A DNA stretch of 64,000 bases, taken from assembly GCA_964526445.1 (NCBI GenBank), contig CAZGIY010000001.1:20363-84362 (forward strand), read 5' to 3'. A program made the translations under genes and the position numbers. The notes under the pieces are model-generated. The model searched no databases, was not told the origin of the DNA, and saw only the letters and a program-made list of their open reading frames with translations. The stretch is from an uncultured Candidatus Poseidoniales archaeon. GTDB lineage: Archaea; Thermoplasmatota; Poseidoniia; Poseidoniales; Poseidoniaceae. Shown here in pieces: positions 8,746-19,206 of the stretch (within the stretch, counting starts at the first letter, position 1; every line of letters begins with the position of its first letter).

Positions 8746-10770
8746 TCAATCAAAGGCTCCCTTCATGACGTCATCAGAAACGAGATTTGGCAGTGTAATC
8801 TCAAGCAATGGTTCTACTTCCATTGCTCGTTTGATGGCAAAAATAGCCTCCTTATTTCGGGCCCATGAACGTCTTGCAATACCATTGTTAACGTCCCATG
8901 CTAACATTGAATCAATTCTGCGCTGAGAATCCATGCTACCATCAATGAACATCCCGAAACCACCATTGATAACCTCACCCCAACCAACGCCTCCACCATT
9001 GTGTAGACTTACCCATGTTGCACCTCTAAAAGAATCACCAATCACGTTGTGAACAGCCATATCTGCAGTGAAACTTGAACCATCTTTGATGTTCGCAGTC
9101 TCGCGATAAGGAGAATCTGTTCCTGAAACGTCGTGATGATCACGTCCAAGTACCACACCTTCCTTCAGGCGTCCATCGCGAATTGCATCGTTGAATGCGG
9201 TGGCGATTCTACGCCTTCCTTGTTCATCAGCATAGAGTATTCTGGCTTGACTACCGACTACCATTCTGTTTTGTCCAGCCTGCTCAATCCACCTGATATT
9301 ATCTCTGAGTTGCTGCGAGATTTCAGGAGGTGACTCTTCCAACATTTTCAGCAACACATCTCGAGCCAATTTATCGGTGACTGCAAGATCATCTGGATCC
9401 TGGGAACAGCATACCCAGCGGAATGGACCAAAACCTAGGTCAAAGCAACGTGGGCCCATTATGTCCTCGACATAGGATGGGTGAATGAACCCGCCCTTGC
9501 CATCGGATAATTCTGCACCTGCTCTATCCGCTTCTAGCAAGAAGGCATTGCCGTAGTCCCAGAAGTATGTGCCCCTTTCCACCATAGTGTTGACCGCTGC
9601 AGCATGACGAAGTAGAGAATGACGAACTGCTTCAGCAAATCCGCTAGGATTAGAAGCAATCATTTGTTTGGCATCATCAAATGAGATGTCGACGGGGAAG
9701 TAGCCTCCTTGCCAAGGGTTATGGAGGCTAGTTTGATCACTTCCAAGATCGATATCTATTCCTCTCTCAACCAATCGTTCCCAAAGGTCGACAATATTCC
9801 CTACGTGCCCTATTGAAACTGCCTCGCCGCGCGACTTAGCTTCGAGCATTCTATCTATGACTTTGTCAACATCGTCATGCAATTCACTTAGCCAACCTTG
9901 TTCATGCCGCTTCTTAGCTGCAGTGGGATTGATTTCGGAAATAACTGCAACACAGCCTGCAATAACCGCAGCCTTTGCTTGAGCACCTGACATGCCCCCC
10001 AATCCTGAAGTTACGTAAGTCACACCTGCTAGACTACCATCAGCAGGAATACCTAAGCGCATCCTAGCCGCATTCAGTATTGTTATCGTAGTTCCATGAA
10101 CTATTCCTTGGGGGCCAATATACATGTATGAACCCGCAGTCATTTGTCCGTATTGTGAAACTCCGAGGGCATTCATCCTCTCATAGTCTTCTTGAGAACT
10201 ATGATTTGGAATTACTATTCCATTGGTTACTACCACGCGAGGAGCTTCTGCATTTGAGGGAAAAAGACCTAATGGATGTCCGGAGTACATGACCAAGGTT
10301 TGTTCTTCAGTCATCTTACTGAGATATCGCATGGTCAATCTATACTGGACCCAGTTTTGGAAAACGGCACCGTTTCCACCATAGGTAATCAATTCACATG
10401 GGAATTGGGCAACTGCGGGGTCCAGATTGTTTTGAATCATTGCCATGATGCTTGCTGCTTGCTTGCAGCGACTTGGATAGGCAGTCAATGGATGAGCTTT
10501 CATCTCATATTGAGTTGGTCTGAATCTATGCATGTATATTCGGCCATGGCTATTCAATTCATCGAGAAATTCACGCGCCAATTCACTATGCCATGATTCA
10601 GGAAAATACCGCAACGCATTTCGAAGAGCCAATATCTTCTCATCTTCAGTTAGAATCTGACGTCTAGAGGGGGCATGGTCGACCTTCAATTCTATTTCTG
10701 TAGGACGGGTTAACTCCCGCGGAATTCCTTCGGCGACATGACGTCGCAGAGAATCCCACTGTTGGCCCAT
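8746..10770 (-). CDS. hutU: Urocanate hydratase, long form
   Basis: NNLDPAVAQFP, YGQMTAGSYMYIGPQGIVHGT, SDQTSLHN, GRDHHDVSGTDSPYRET, HNGGGVGWG. Confidence 0.97.
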   Translation of the reverse strand: MGQQWDSLRRHVAEGIPRELTRPTEIELKVDHAPSRRQILTEDEKILALRNALRYFPESWHSELAREFLDELNSHGRIYMHRFRPTQYEMKAHPLTAYPSRCKQAASIMAMIQNNLDPAVAQFPCELITYGGNGAVFQNWVQYRLTMRYLSKMTEEQTLVMYSGHPLGLFPSNAEAPRVVVTNGIVIPNHSSQEDYERMNALGVSQYGQMTAGSYMYIGPQGIVHGTTITILNAARMRLGIPADGSLAGVTYVTSGLGGMSGAQAKAAVIAGCVAVISEINPTAAKKRHEQGWLSELHDDVDKVIDRMLEAKSRGEAVSIGHVGNIVDLWERLVERGIDIDLGSDQTSLHNPWQGGYFPVDISFDDAKQMIASNPSGFAEAVRHSLLRHAAAVNTMVERGTYFWDYGNAFLLEADRAGAELSDGKGGFIHPSYVEDIMGPRCFDLGFGPFRWVCCSQDPDDLAVTDKLARDVLLKMLEESPPEISQQLRDNIRWIEQAGQNRMVVGSQARILYADEQGRRRIATAFNDAIRDGRLKEGVVLGRDHHDVSGTDSPYRETANIKDGSSFTADMAVHNVIGDSFRGATWVSLHNGGGVGWGEVINGGFGMFIDGSMDSQRRIDSMLAWDVNNGIARRSWARNKEAIFAIKRAMEVEPLLEITLPNLVSDDVMKGAFD

Positions 10771-10810
10771 GAGCACCGGTGAAGGAATGCTCTCTTATCC
10801 ATTACCACGT

Positions 10811-13516
10811 TCAAACTGGAGAAATTGCAACAGCTTGCACCTTGTATTCTGGACATCTTGTATAACTGTCTGAGGATGAACTCAGTACTGTGTTAACTCC
10901 AGTTTCTGGGAAGTGGAATGTGGTGAATAGATTACCAATCCGGACATCTTCGGTTACAACAGCAGTCATTTGGATCTTATTTCGAGGACTGGAAAGCCAG
11001 ACCTTTGCTCCGTCCACGATATCTAATCTATGAGCATCCTTGGGATGTATCTCAAGAAAATCGTCAGCATGGAACTCGCTTAGGCCAGTTCTTCGAGTCT
11101 GAGTACCTGAATTGTAATGGAATAGGTTGCGTCCAGTGACCAAAATGAATGGGTATTCATCGCTTGCCTTCTCAGCTGGTTCAGCAAATTCTGGGGCCGC
11201 AAAATTTCCCAGTCCACGCGAGAATCTATCTATGTGCATGACATTAGTTCCAGGATGTTCCTTTTCAGGCGCTGGCCATTGAATCGCATCGACATTTTCC
11301 AGTTTGTCATAGGTGATGCCAGTGAAATTAGGAGTCAGTGATGCGATTTCATTCCAAATATCAGAAACAGAATCTGATGAGATTATTGGGTGTCCGAGGG
11401 CCTCTGCCAATTCTGAAACAATACGCCAATCTTCTTTTGCGTCTCCAGGAGGCGGGATGGCCTTGCGAATTCGCTGTACTCTTCTTTCGCCATTAGTATA
11501 CGTTCCATCCGATTCGAGGAAAGAAGCAGCAGGCAAAATGACATGAGCAAATTTTGCAGATTCACACATGAATATATCCTGAACAATCAGTAGATCGAGT
11601 TTGGATAATGCCTCTTGAACGCGTTGATTATTAGGGTCGGTCTGGGCGATATCTGAGCCAATCATGTATAGAGAACGCATCTTACCTTCAAACACTTTCT
11701 CAAGCATGACGGGATAGGTCATTCCAGGTGTTTCAGGAACATCCACCCCCCAGGCAGCAGAGACCTCCGACCTTCTTTCAGGATCTGAAACAGATTGATA
11801 ATTGGTGTAAACATTCGGTAATGCTCCCATATCACAGGAACCCTGAACGTTGTTTTGTCCACGAAGTGGATTTATTCCAGTACCCGGCCTTCCAACATTA
11901 CCCGTCAACAAAGCAAGACTGGATAGAGACATGACACCCTCGGAGCCATGGCTATGTTCGGTCATTCCTAGACCATGAACAGACATTGCGGCATTTGCAG
12001 AAGCATAGAGATGTGCTGCCCTCTCAAGAACATCTATCGGAACTGTAGTTAATTTTGAACACAATTCAGGGGTCATCAATTGAACCATTTCCTTGTATGG
12101 CCCAAGGTTCTCGGTTCTACTGCTCATCCATTCATCACTAGCCTGCAATCCATCCCTCAAGATGATGTGAGCGAGTCCTTGATAGAGAGCTACGTTGGTT
12201 CCTGGGCGTAATTGAAGATGAACATCCGCTATTTTTGCCAACTCTGTTTCCTTTGGGTCAGCGACAACCAATTTCATTCCTCTTTTTCTTGCCCTCAATA
12301 TTCTAGAACCGGTTACAGGATGCCCGTGAATTGGATTACATCCTGATGCTAGCAATAGATCGGTTTTGTCGATATCCTCTAGGCTGTTGGTTCCCGCACC
12401 TGCTCCAAATACTGTCATCATTCCCTTGACAGTTGCAGAATGACAAACTCTTGCACAATTGTCTACATTATTGGTTCCAATTACAGCGCGCATCAATTTC
12501 GAACCAAGATAATTCAATTCATTAGTGGAACGAGATGATGTTATTGCCCCGATGGAATCGGGACCTGACTCGTCTTTGTACAGTTGCCATCGCTTAGCGA
12601 TGTAGGAATATGCTTCATCCCAACTGACCTCACGGAAATCTTCCTCGATAGAGTCTCTAATCATCGGCTTAGTCAAACGGTCTTGGTGATGAACATATGC
12701 AGATGCAAATCGTCCTTTGACACAGGAATGACCTTGGTTCACCGGGGACTCAGCGACAGGTTTCATGGAAACTAGTTTGTCGCCTTTGACTCCTGCATCA
12801 AATTGACAACCAACACCACAGAATGCACAAGTTGTACGTACCCATTCATCTGCCACCCCATGCTTGCGTTCAACCTTATCTTCCAAGGCAGCAACAGGAC
12901 ATTCGTTGACACAAGCACCACATGATACACATTCTGATTCCATGAAAGGAACATCGGCACCTGCAATGATTTTGCTAAAGAATCCACGTCCATCAATCGA
13001 TAGAGCATGAGTTACTTGTATGTCGTCACAAGCACGTATACACCGTGAACATACAATGCATTTAGTGGGATCAAATGAGAAAAAAGGATTCGAGTCATCG
13101 ATTGGCATTCCTTCACACGATGGCGTATTGTCATACCTCACCTCGCGCAATCCAACTTGTGCTGCCACATCCTGTAATTCGCAATCACCATTGGCGGTGC
13201 ATGTCAGACAATCCAACGGATGTTCACTAACATATAGTTCTGTGATTCCTCTTCGCAACTGCCAGAGCCTATCGGATGTTGTTGCAACATTCATTCCAGG
13301 GCTTGCAGGAGTAGTACATGATGAAGGTGTGCCCCGAACTCCATCGATTTCAACAACACAGATACGACAAGAACCGAATGCATCAAGATGTGGAGAATCA
13401 CACAGACTAGGGATATCTATTCCGTTGTTCCTAGCAACCTGCATCACTGTTTGCCCGTTTTCAGCAACGACAACTGTATCATCGATGGACATTGTAAAAG
13501 AATTTTCACTCACCAT
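10811..13516 (-). CDS. fdhF: Formate dehydrogenase alpha subunit (FdsA/FdhF type, Cys form)
   Basis: N-terminal 2Fe-2S and 4Fe-4S domains, TCAFCGVGC, CVKGRF, NCARVCH, PLRGQNNVQG, CPEYK. Confidence 0.93.
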   Translation of the reverse strand: MVSENSFTMSIDDTVVVAENGQTVMQVARNNGIDIPSLCDSPHLDAFGSCRICVVEIDGVRGTPSSCTTPASPGMNVATTSDRLWQLRRGITELYVSEHPLDCLTCTANGDCELQDVAAQVGLREVRYDNTPSCEGMPIDDSNPFFSFDPTKCIVCSRCIRACDDIQVTHALSIDGRGFFSKIIAGADVPFMESECVSCGACVNECPVAALEDKVERKHGVADEWVRTTCAFCGVGCQFDAGVKGDKLVSMKPVAESPVNQGHSCVKGRFASAYVHHQDRLTKPMIRDSIEEDFREVSWDEAYSYIAKRWQLYKDESGPDSIGAITSSRSTNELNYLGSKLMRAVIGTNNVDNCARVCHSATVKGMMTVFGAGAGTNSLEDIDKTDLLLASGCNPIHGHPVTGSRILRARKRGMKLVVADPKETELAKIADVHLQLRPGTNVALYQGLAHIILRDGLQASDEWMSSRTENLGPYKEMVQLMTPELCSKLTTVPIDVLERAAHLYASANAAMSVHGLGMTEHSHGSEGVMSLSSLALLTGNVGRPGTGINPLRGQNNVQGSCDMGALPNVYTNYQSVSDPERRSEVSAAWGVDVPETPGMTYPVMLEKVFEGKMRSLYMIGSDIAQTDPNNQRVQEALSKLDLLIVQDIFMCESAKFAHVILPAASFLESDGTYTNGERRVQRIRKAIPPPGDAKEDWRIVSELAEALGHPIISSDSVSDIWNEIASLTPNFTGITYDKLENVDAIQWPAPEKEHPGTNVMHIDRFSRGLGNFAAPEFAEPAEKASDEYPFILVTGRNLFHYNSGTQTRRTGLSEFHADDFLEIHPKDAHRLDIVDGAKVWLSSPRNKIQMTAVVTEDVRIGNLFTTFHFPETGVNTVLSSSSDSYTRCPEYKVQAVAISPV

Positions 13517-15386
13517 TCATACCTCCAAAAGACGCTGGCCACTTCTTCATAGTAGAGCGGATAGGCATCATCGCTAGACCCCCGAGTGCACATAGTGAAG
13601 TGGAACTCATTATATCATCGAGGTCGTCCAAAAGTTGTCGGTCTCCAATCTTTTCATGCTCGGTACCTATCCTTCTCAATAGTTCCAGTGCACGCTGCGT
13701 GCCTATTCTACAAGGAGTGCATTTCCCGCAACTCTCATCTCTAAAGAATTTCATCCAACCTATGGATTCTTCACGGGGATCAAATTCACTATCATAGCAA
13801 ACGAATCCTCCATGTCCAAGAAGACCTCCAGACTCGCTTAACCCTTCGAATGATAACTCCACAGAATCCAATTCTTCGATAGCAAATACTCCTCCCAATG
13901 GGCCCCCAGCTTGGACAGCAACAACTCCTTCAAGGTCAGAATGTTTTCTGAACATCTCAGCGACAGTTCCTCCAAATGGTATTTCCACGCATACTGGCTC
14001 TTTGACAGCACCTACAATTTGAGCGATAACTGTGCCCTTACTCCTCTCAGTACCCAATGACCCATACTGTTCTCCTCCTTCTCTTAATATCACAGAAACC
14101 AATGCAAAGGTGAGGACATTGTTGACAATTGTAGGTTTACCATAGAGTCCTGATTGAGTAGGATATGGTGGCCTTGCTCTTACTTCACCCCTCCTTCCTT
14201 CAAGACTTTCTAGAAGCGCTGTTTCCTCGCCACAGACGTACGAACCAGCCCCCAAAGCGATTGAGATGTCGAAATGATCACCTAGAATCCCTTCATCCCT
14301 AGCGTCCTGAAGTGCAGTTTCAAGAATCAACTCAGCATTTGGATATTCGCTTCTAAGGTAGACCTTGCCATATCTTGCGCCGATAGCAGAGCCACATATT
14401 GCCATCCCTTCGATTAAGGCATGAGGGTCCCCTTCGATAATCATCCGGTCGATGAAAGTACCAGCATCACCCTCGTCAGCGTTGGCGACCACGTACTTGA
14501 CATCACTTTCCTCTGCTGCAGCTGCAGCCCACTTGAAATGAGTAGGGAATCCAGCACCACCGCGCCCCCTCAATCCAGCAATTTCGAGTTCATTCAAAAT
14601 CTCTCGAGTACCGATTTCTTTAGCTTTGTTAAGTCCAGAATATGAACCTCTTTTCCTAAGACCTTCAATATCTAAGGGATTTACTTCTCCAAGATTGGCC
14701 ATAGCAAAACGTCTTTGCTCAGCGAATGCAGGAATCTCAACAATCTTACCCAATGACTTAGCGTGGTTAGAATATTCACCAGAATCAATCAAACTAAGAA
14801 TCTCCATTAACTCTTCAGAGTTGATAGGTCCAAATCCACATCTTTCTCCGTTAATGTCCAATTCCAGCATCGGTTCTAGATTGAAGATGCCTCTGCTACC
14901 AGTTCGAATCAGTGCGGAATCGTCGGGAGCGTGATGCAGCAATGTTACTGCCAACTTTTCACTTCCCTTCTCCATACTCATGCTGTCTTGACTGATGTAG
15001 AATTGTAATCCAGCCCCCGCCCTTGAAACAGGATTAAATTGTTCAACATCTTCCTTGACAATTGCTGGACCTACTGCACACAAGCCTGCGCAGTGTAATG
15101 AACCAATCTTCTCTCCAGCATTCTCCAATTTTTCAATGACTCCTGCGGCGCCTCTTGCCCTACAGGCCTCTCCAGTACATACTCTGATTGTGGCCTCCTC
15201 TGGCTTGAGTTCAGCATAGTAACCTATGGCGCCTCTGACCTTTGCAGAAGTTGTTCCCGTAAGTGAGGCGATTTCTGCGATTCTTTCGACACTTGGCTCA
15301 CCTTTGGTTCGCACTTCTTCTTTCAAAATGTCGAGAAGCTCGTGTCCTGGACGAGCGGGGTCCCAATCATTCTCAACAGGATTCAT
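13506..15386 (-). CDS. Fused NuoE/FdsG-like plus NuoF/FdsB-like diaphorase subunit
   Basis: VCTGEAC...CAGLC, then RTGSRG..EP domain, LRGRGGAGFP, NADEGD, YVCGEETAL, ESCGKCTPCRIG; AAGGAGGTGA SD before ATG 15386. Confidence 0.9.
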   Translation of the reverse strand: MNPVENDWDPARPGHELLDILKEEVRTKGEPSVERIAEIASLTGTTSAKVRGAIGYYAELKPEEATIRVCTGEACRARGAAGVIEKLENAGEKIGSLHCAGLCAVGPAIVKEDVEQFNPVSRAGAGLQFYISQDSMSMEKGSEKLAVTLLHHAPDDSALIRTGSRGIFNLEPMLELDINGERCGFGPINSEELMEILSLIDSGEYSNHAKSLGKIVEIPAFAEQRRFAMANLGEVNPLDIEGLRKRGSYSGLNKAKEIGTREILNELEIAGLRGRGGAGFPTHFKWAAAAAEESDVKYVVANADEGDAGTFIDRMIIEGDPHALIEGMAICGSAIGARYGKVYLRSEYPNAELILETALQDARDEGILGDHFDISIALGAGSYVCGEETALLESLEGRRGEVRARPPYPTQSGLYGKPTIVNNVLTFALVSVILREGGEQYGSLGTERSKGTVIAQIVGAVKEPVCVEIPFGGTVAEMFRKHSDLEGVVAVQAGGPLGGVFAIEELDSVELSFEGLSESGGLLGHGGFVCYDSEFDPREESIGWMKFFRDESCGKCTPCRIGTQRALELLRRIGTEHEKIGDRQLLDDLDDIMSSTSLCALGGLAMMPIRSTMKKWPASFGGMNGE

Positions 15387-15464
15387 TCTTTCACCTCCTT
15401 CTGCTCTTAGGTTTGCGTAGGTAGATGGGTTTGTCAAAGTTCTCCAGAAATATTCTTTCAAAGT

Positions 15465-16259
15465 CTAATTAGAATCGTTTGGGCGGATATAGGAAACTGT
15501 ACTCCCATTTCTTGTAAAGCCAAATAACGCTAGTCCTGCTTGTCTAGACAGATCTACTGCCATACTACTTGCAGCACCTATGGCTACTATGATTGGAATC
15601 CCTGCAGCGATTGCTTTGAGCACTAATTCAGAGCCAATTCTTCCAGAAAGACATAGTATTGACTTGGAGAAATCAATGCTCATTCGGACGCCAGCTCCAA
15701 CCACTTTGTCAACACAATTGTGTCGGCCAATATCTTCTCTGACAACAATCATTTCACCCTCGGCTGTGAACAATCCAGCAGCATGAATTCCCCCAGTGGT
15801 CGTGAATGCAGACTGTACGGTAAGCATCTTATGTGGCAATCCGATCAAAAGTTCGCTATCAACATGCATAGCAGGAATGGAACAGTCATGGGCCTTGGAT
15901 AGAAGATCTGCAAAATCTTGACGTCCACATATGCCGCATGCAGAACCATTACTGATTCTGCCCCTTGGGGTAACGTCATATTCAGCATCCTCGGGAATGA
16001 TGATACTAGCATTTCCTTCAGACAAGATGATTTCGATATCCTGTATTGGGCAATTAGTCAAAATCCCTTCACTGATTAATAGTCCCAATACCAAATCAGC
16101 GTCAGAACCGGGGGTTCTCAAGATACTGACCCAGCGTTCAGTAGAATCATTCTTAACCAAATCAATACTCAATGGTTCTTCTGTGGCAACCACATCTTTC
16201 TCCATTACCCACTTGCCATCCTTCAATCGATGAACGGCGCGTCTGACCACATCGTCCAT
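15465..16259 (-). CDS. fdhD: Formate dehydrogenase sulfurtransferase
   Basis: EEPL, RTPG, SACGICG, TTGGIHAAG, REDIGRHNCVDK, SGRIG. Confidence 0.93.
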   Translation of the reverse strand: MDDVVRRAVHRLKDGKWVMEKDVVATEEPLSIDLVKNDSTERWVSILRTPGSDADLVLGLLISEGILTNCPIQDIEIILSEGNASIIIPEDAEYDVTPRGRISNGSACGICGRQDFADLLSKAHDCSIPAMHVDSELLIGLPHKMLTVQSAFTTTGGIHAAGLFTAEGEMIVVREDIGRHNCVDKVVGAGVRMSIDFSKSILCLSGRIGSELVLKAIAAGIPIIVAIGAASSMAVDLSRQAGLALFGFTRNGSTVSYIRPNDSN

Positions 16260-16311
16260 GACAAGACCTGAAGCAACATGGTCATGAACATGTTCATCGA
16301 TTGAAATGGTT

Positions 16312-16953
16312 TCAAGATTCCAATCTCGCTCGCACAGCATCCATGCATTCTCTCGATAATTGCCTCGATTTCTCTAGAATCTGTGCCGCTTCTTCGCTAT
16401 ATTGCTCAGCCGCATCACCTTCCATTCCAATCAGGTTGATATCAACATTGAACAGGGCACCTTTACAGGCTGCTGAAGCAAGCAGGGCCGCAACTCCGAC
16501 ATCGGTCACTGCATTTCCGTTACCAGTGGTCGCAAGTGATGGAAGCGTTTCAAGCAACGAATAGGCAAGTCTAGCGGTTTCTAAGGGTACCTCTGCTGCA
16601 CCAAGAGTCGCTTCTCTAATGGCTTGTTTGCGAAGGTTTTTCTCTTCATCAGAATCCTTGGCAAGTCGATATGCCATCATGACTCCGTCAAAGGAACGAC
16701 TGTCGTCAGTTGCGAGGTCTAAAGAACGAGAAAACATCGATATTGCAACTTCTTGAGAAGTTTCTGCATCCTGCCAGCCATCTTTCCATTTTTCATTACC
16801 TATGGTAAGATCCGCAACCATGCAAGTCAATGCCGCCGCCTGTCCTAAAGAGACCGCAGCCGCAGTTCCACCCCCGGGGGTTGGAGATGAACTAGCAAGT
16901 GCAGTTTGGAAGTCCCGCAAACTCATTTCCGCCCAGTCATCATCACTCTGCAT
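16312..16953 (-). CDS. Formimino-THF cyclodeaminase / methenyl-THF cyclohydrolase (FTCD_C family)
   Basis: LASSSPTPGGGTAAA, AAEVPL, GNGNAVTDVGVA, NVDINL. Confidence 0.9.
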   Translation of the reverse strand: MQSDDDWAEMSLRDFQTALASSSPTPGGGTAAAVSLGQAAALTCMVADLTIGNEKWKDGWQDAETSQEVAISMFSRSLDLATDDSRSFDGVMMAYRLAKDSDEEKNLRKQAIREATLGAAEVPLETARLAYSLLETLPSLATTGNGNAVTDVGVAALLASAACKGALFNVDINLIGMEGDAAEQYSEEAAQILEKSRQLSRECMDAVRARLES

Positions 16954-17996
16954 TATTCATCCCTCCTGACTGCCATCTCAATGATTCTTTCCTTCGCTAC
17001 GAATGGGGCCAAGTCATCCAAGCCCATACCCTTTACTGCAGCGCTGATTAATTCCCCCTCCTCCTCTGTATCAGGTGCGTACCATCGCCCAGCATCCAAC
17101 ATTGCACGAATTGGCACCAGTCCTACCAATTCACTACCACTAACTTCGACACCGTAATTGCTAGCCAACCATTTGATTGTCTCGTAAACAACATGCATCG
17201 GAGTAACAGAGATGTCTTGTAGGTTCATGGAGACTTGAGAGATTCCATGTTCATCCAGTGGAAAACCCATACCCTGGACTTTTGCAAGCATTCCCGATAC
17301 CGGCAACCGATTTCCGTTAGAATTTTTTATGACTGGTCCTGATTGCCTGATGGTTTTGCCAATTGCTGCACTGACTCTTGCATCACTTTCCTGCAGATTG
17401 ACATTGTATGCAACCAAAATGTCTCTCGCACCGATAATCACCGCACCTGTTTTGGCGATTTCTTCACTCCAAATAGTCGGTCCAAAATCAGGCAATCTCG
17501 TCTCATTTGCATGAGGAGTTTCCGCTCCTTCACTCATTCTAGCTTCAAGTCCCTCGTATTCGCCCTTTCGGAGCAGACTGTGGTTACTCCTTTGTTCTGT
17601 ACTCGCTGCTGCACCGTATAGATATGCAGGCAGATTCAATTCTTCACTGACACGAATAGCAAGTCGTCTGGCTAATTCTGCGCAACTCAGCATATCGATA
17701 CCCTGCAATGGGACGAATGGACATACATCTACTGCCCCTAACCTCGCATGATTTCCACTATGTTTTCTCATGTCGATTAGTTTGATTGACTCTTTAATCA
17801 ATTGAAAGGCTGATTCACTGACCGCATTTGGATCACCAGCCAAAGTAATGACAGTCCTATTGTAATCGGCATCAGGTTCTGCCGAGAGAACTCTACAGCC
17901 ATCGATACTTGAGGCTGCAGCAACAACTGCTGCAATTACTTCTTCATCTATTCCTTCGCTGATATTCGGAACACATTCAACCAAAGGGTTGGTCAT
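16953..17996 (-). CDS. ftcD: Glutamate formiminotransferase
   Basis: LVECVPNISEG, DADYNRTV, HARLGAVDVCPFVP, RKGEYEG, QVSMNL, SELVGLVP. Confidence 0.93.
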   Translation of the reverse strand: MTNPLVECVPNISEGIDEEVIAAVVAAASSIDGCRVLSAEPDADYNRTVITLAGDPNAVSESAFQLIKESIKLIDMRKHSGNHARLGAVDVCPFVPLQGIDMLSCAELARRLAIRVSEELNLPAYLYGAAASTEQRSNHSLLRKGEYEGLEARMSEGAETPHANETRLPDFGPTIWSEEIAKTGAVIIGARDILVAYNVNLQESDARVSAAIGKTIRQSGPVIKNSNGNRLPVSGMLAKVQGMGFPLDEHGISQVSMNLQDISVTPMHVVYETIKWLASNYGVEVSGSELVGLVPIRAMLDAGRWYAPDTEEEGELISAAVKGMGLDDLAPFVAKERIIEMAVRRDE

Positions 17997-18026
17997 GGTT
18001 CTCGCTATTGCAAGAATGAAATGAAC

Positions 18027-18599
18027 CTACTGGTCTTGACGTTCCTCTATTGCGGACACAACTTCATCTGGGAGATCAAAGAATTCCAACTGCATCCTCA
18101 CCAATTCTTCACTACTTTCCGCAGAAGCATATGCCTCCAATGGTTCTTGATTTAAGGTAATGAATTGTTCACCCCAAGAAAATGATGCAAGCAGGGTTTT
18201 TGCCTGTTCAGAATATCCTAGTAACCACAGTGATGCAGCCAATGCCTCAGCACTACTGAGCCTTCCAGGTTTGCCCCAATTTACAGGGTTGGCAGCAAGC
18301 AATAGAGGCAGCATTCTTGCTTGAAGACGCGTTCGTTTTGAAACAATATCAACACTTTCTTCAATATGTGCCCAACTACAATCGAGAACCACGAGATTGC
18401 CACGATTTGACATCATTTCGCGGTCTTCAGGACCGAGAACTTTTCCGCATAATGGGTCAAGAATTATTCCTTTGCGTGGAAGTTTTGTCAACCGCTCATG
18501 CAAAGTGATGAGTCCTCTTCTGCCAAGTTTCACGGCAGTATTCTTAGATTTGTCATCCTGAGCAAGCCAGATTGCATGAACAGATATTTCATCCATCAA
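18027..18599 (-). CDS. tsr3: SSU rRNA aminocarboxypropyltransferase Tsr3 (DUF367)
   Basis: LDCSW, LPLLLAANPVNWGKPGRLSSAEALAA, FSWGEQFITLN. Confidence 0.92.
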   Translation of the reverse strand: MMDEISVHAIWLAQDDKSKNTAVKLGRRGLITLHERLTKLPRKGIILDPLCGKVLGPEDREMMSNRGNLVVLDCSWAHIEESVDIVSKRTRLQARMLPLLLAANPVNWGKPGRLSSAEALAASLWLLGYSEQAKTLLASFSWGEQFITLNQEPLEAYASAESSEELVRMQLEFFDLPDEVVSAIEERQDQ

Positions 18600-18605
18600 G
18601 ATTCC

Positions 18606-19097
18606 TCAATCCTCTAGAAAATCACCAAGAGTCATTCCACGAGAAGAACCTTCTCCGACTTGTCGGTTTTCATCTGGTTTCACTTCTACCATCAATGAGA
18701 TTCCAAGTGTTCTTTCCAATTTCTTGATTAAGGTATCAGTTGGTCGCTTACCTGCCTCAGCTGCTTGAATCATGTTGAATTTTTCAGCCATTCTTCTAGC
18801 TAATTCTCGTTTATCCCAGCCCTTTTTTTCTCTTGCATCTGCAATTACCTTTGAGAAGTCATCTCGTAACTCTTTACTTCCTCTATGCATTATGTCCTTT
18901 CCTGCCTTCCCTAGGCCAGAATAACCACCATGTGAACTCGAACTTGGCGAGTTAGTGTTTCTCCGAGGAGTTGGGGTTGCAATTGTCTGTAATCCCATGG
19001 ACTCAATACAACGAATACAGGCTTCAATCGTTGCTTTACCCATCTTGACGCTGCGAATAGATGTCTTTTCCGCACCGCATAACTCACAGTTTACCAT
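18606..19097 (-). CDS. mbf1: Archaeal multiprotein bridging factor aMBF1
   Basis: CELCG..C..C zinc ribbon, HTH, terminal TLGD; divergent from pan. Confidence 0.92.
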   Translation of the reverse strand: MVNCELCGAEKTSIRSVKMGKATIEACIRCIESMGLQTIATPTPRRNTNSPSSSSHGGYSGLGKAGKDIMHRGSKELRDDFSKVIADAREKKGWDKRELARRMAEKFNMIQAAEAGKRPTDTLIKKLERTLGISLMVEVKPDENRQVGEGSSRGMTLGDFLED

Positions 19098-19206
19098 TCA
19101 ACTCGAACAGTCGGTGTTCACCGCCACAAATGAACCCTGTTACTGTACATTTGGCAGCGCAGAGTTTGATTACTTTGAATAACAGTCGACGAACACAGGT
19201 GGGTAC

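Noticed and set aside
10811..13516. Selenocysteine FDH
   Set aside because: Active site reads CARVCH with a Cys codon; no in-frame TGA
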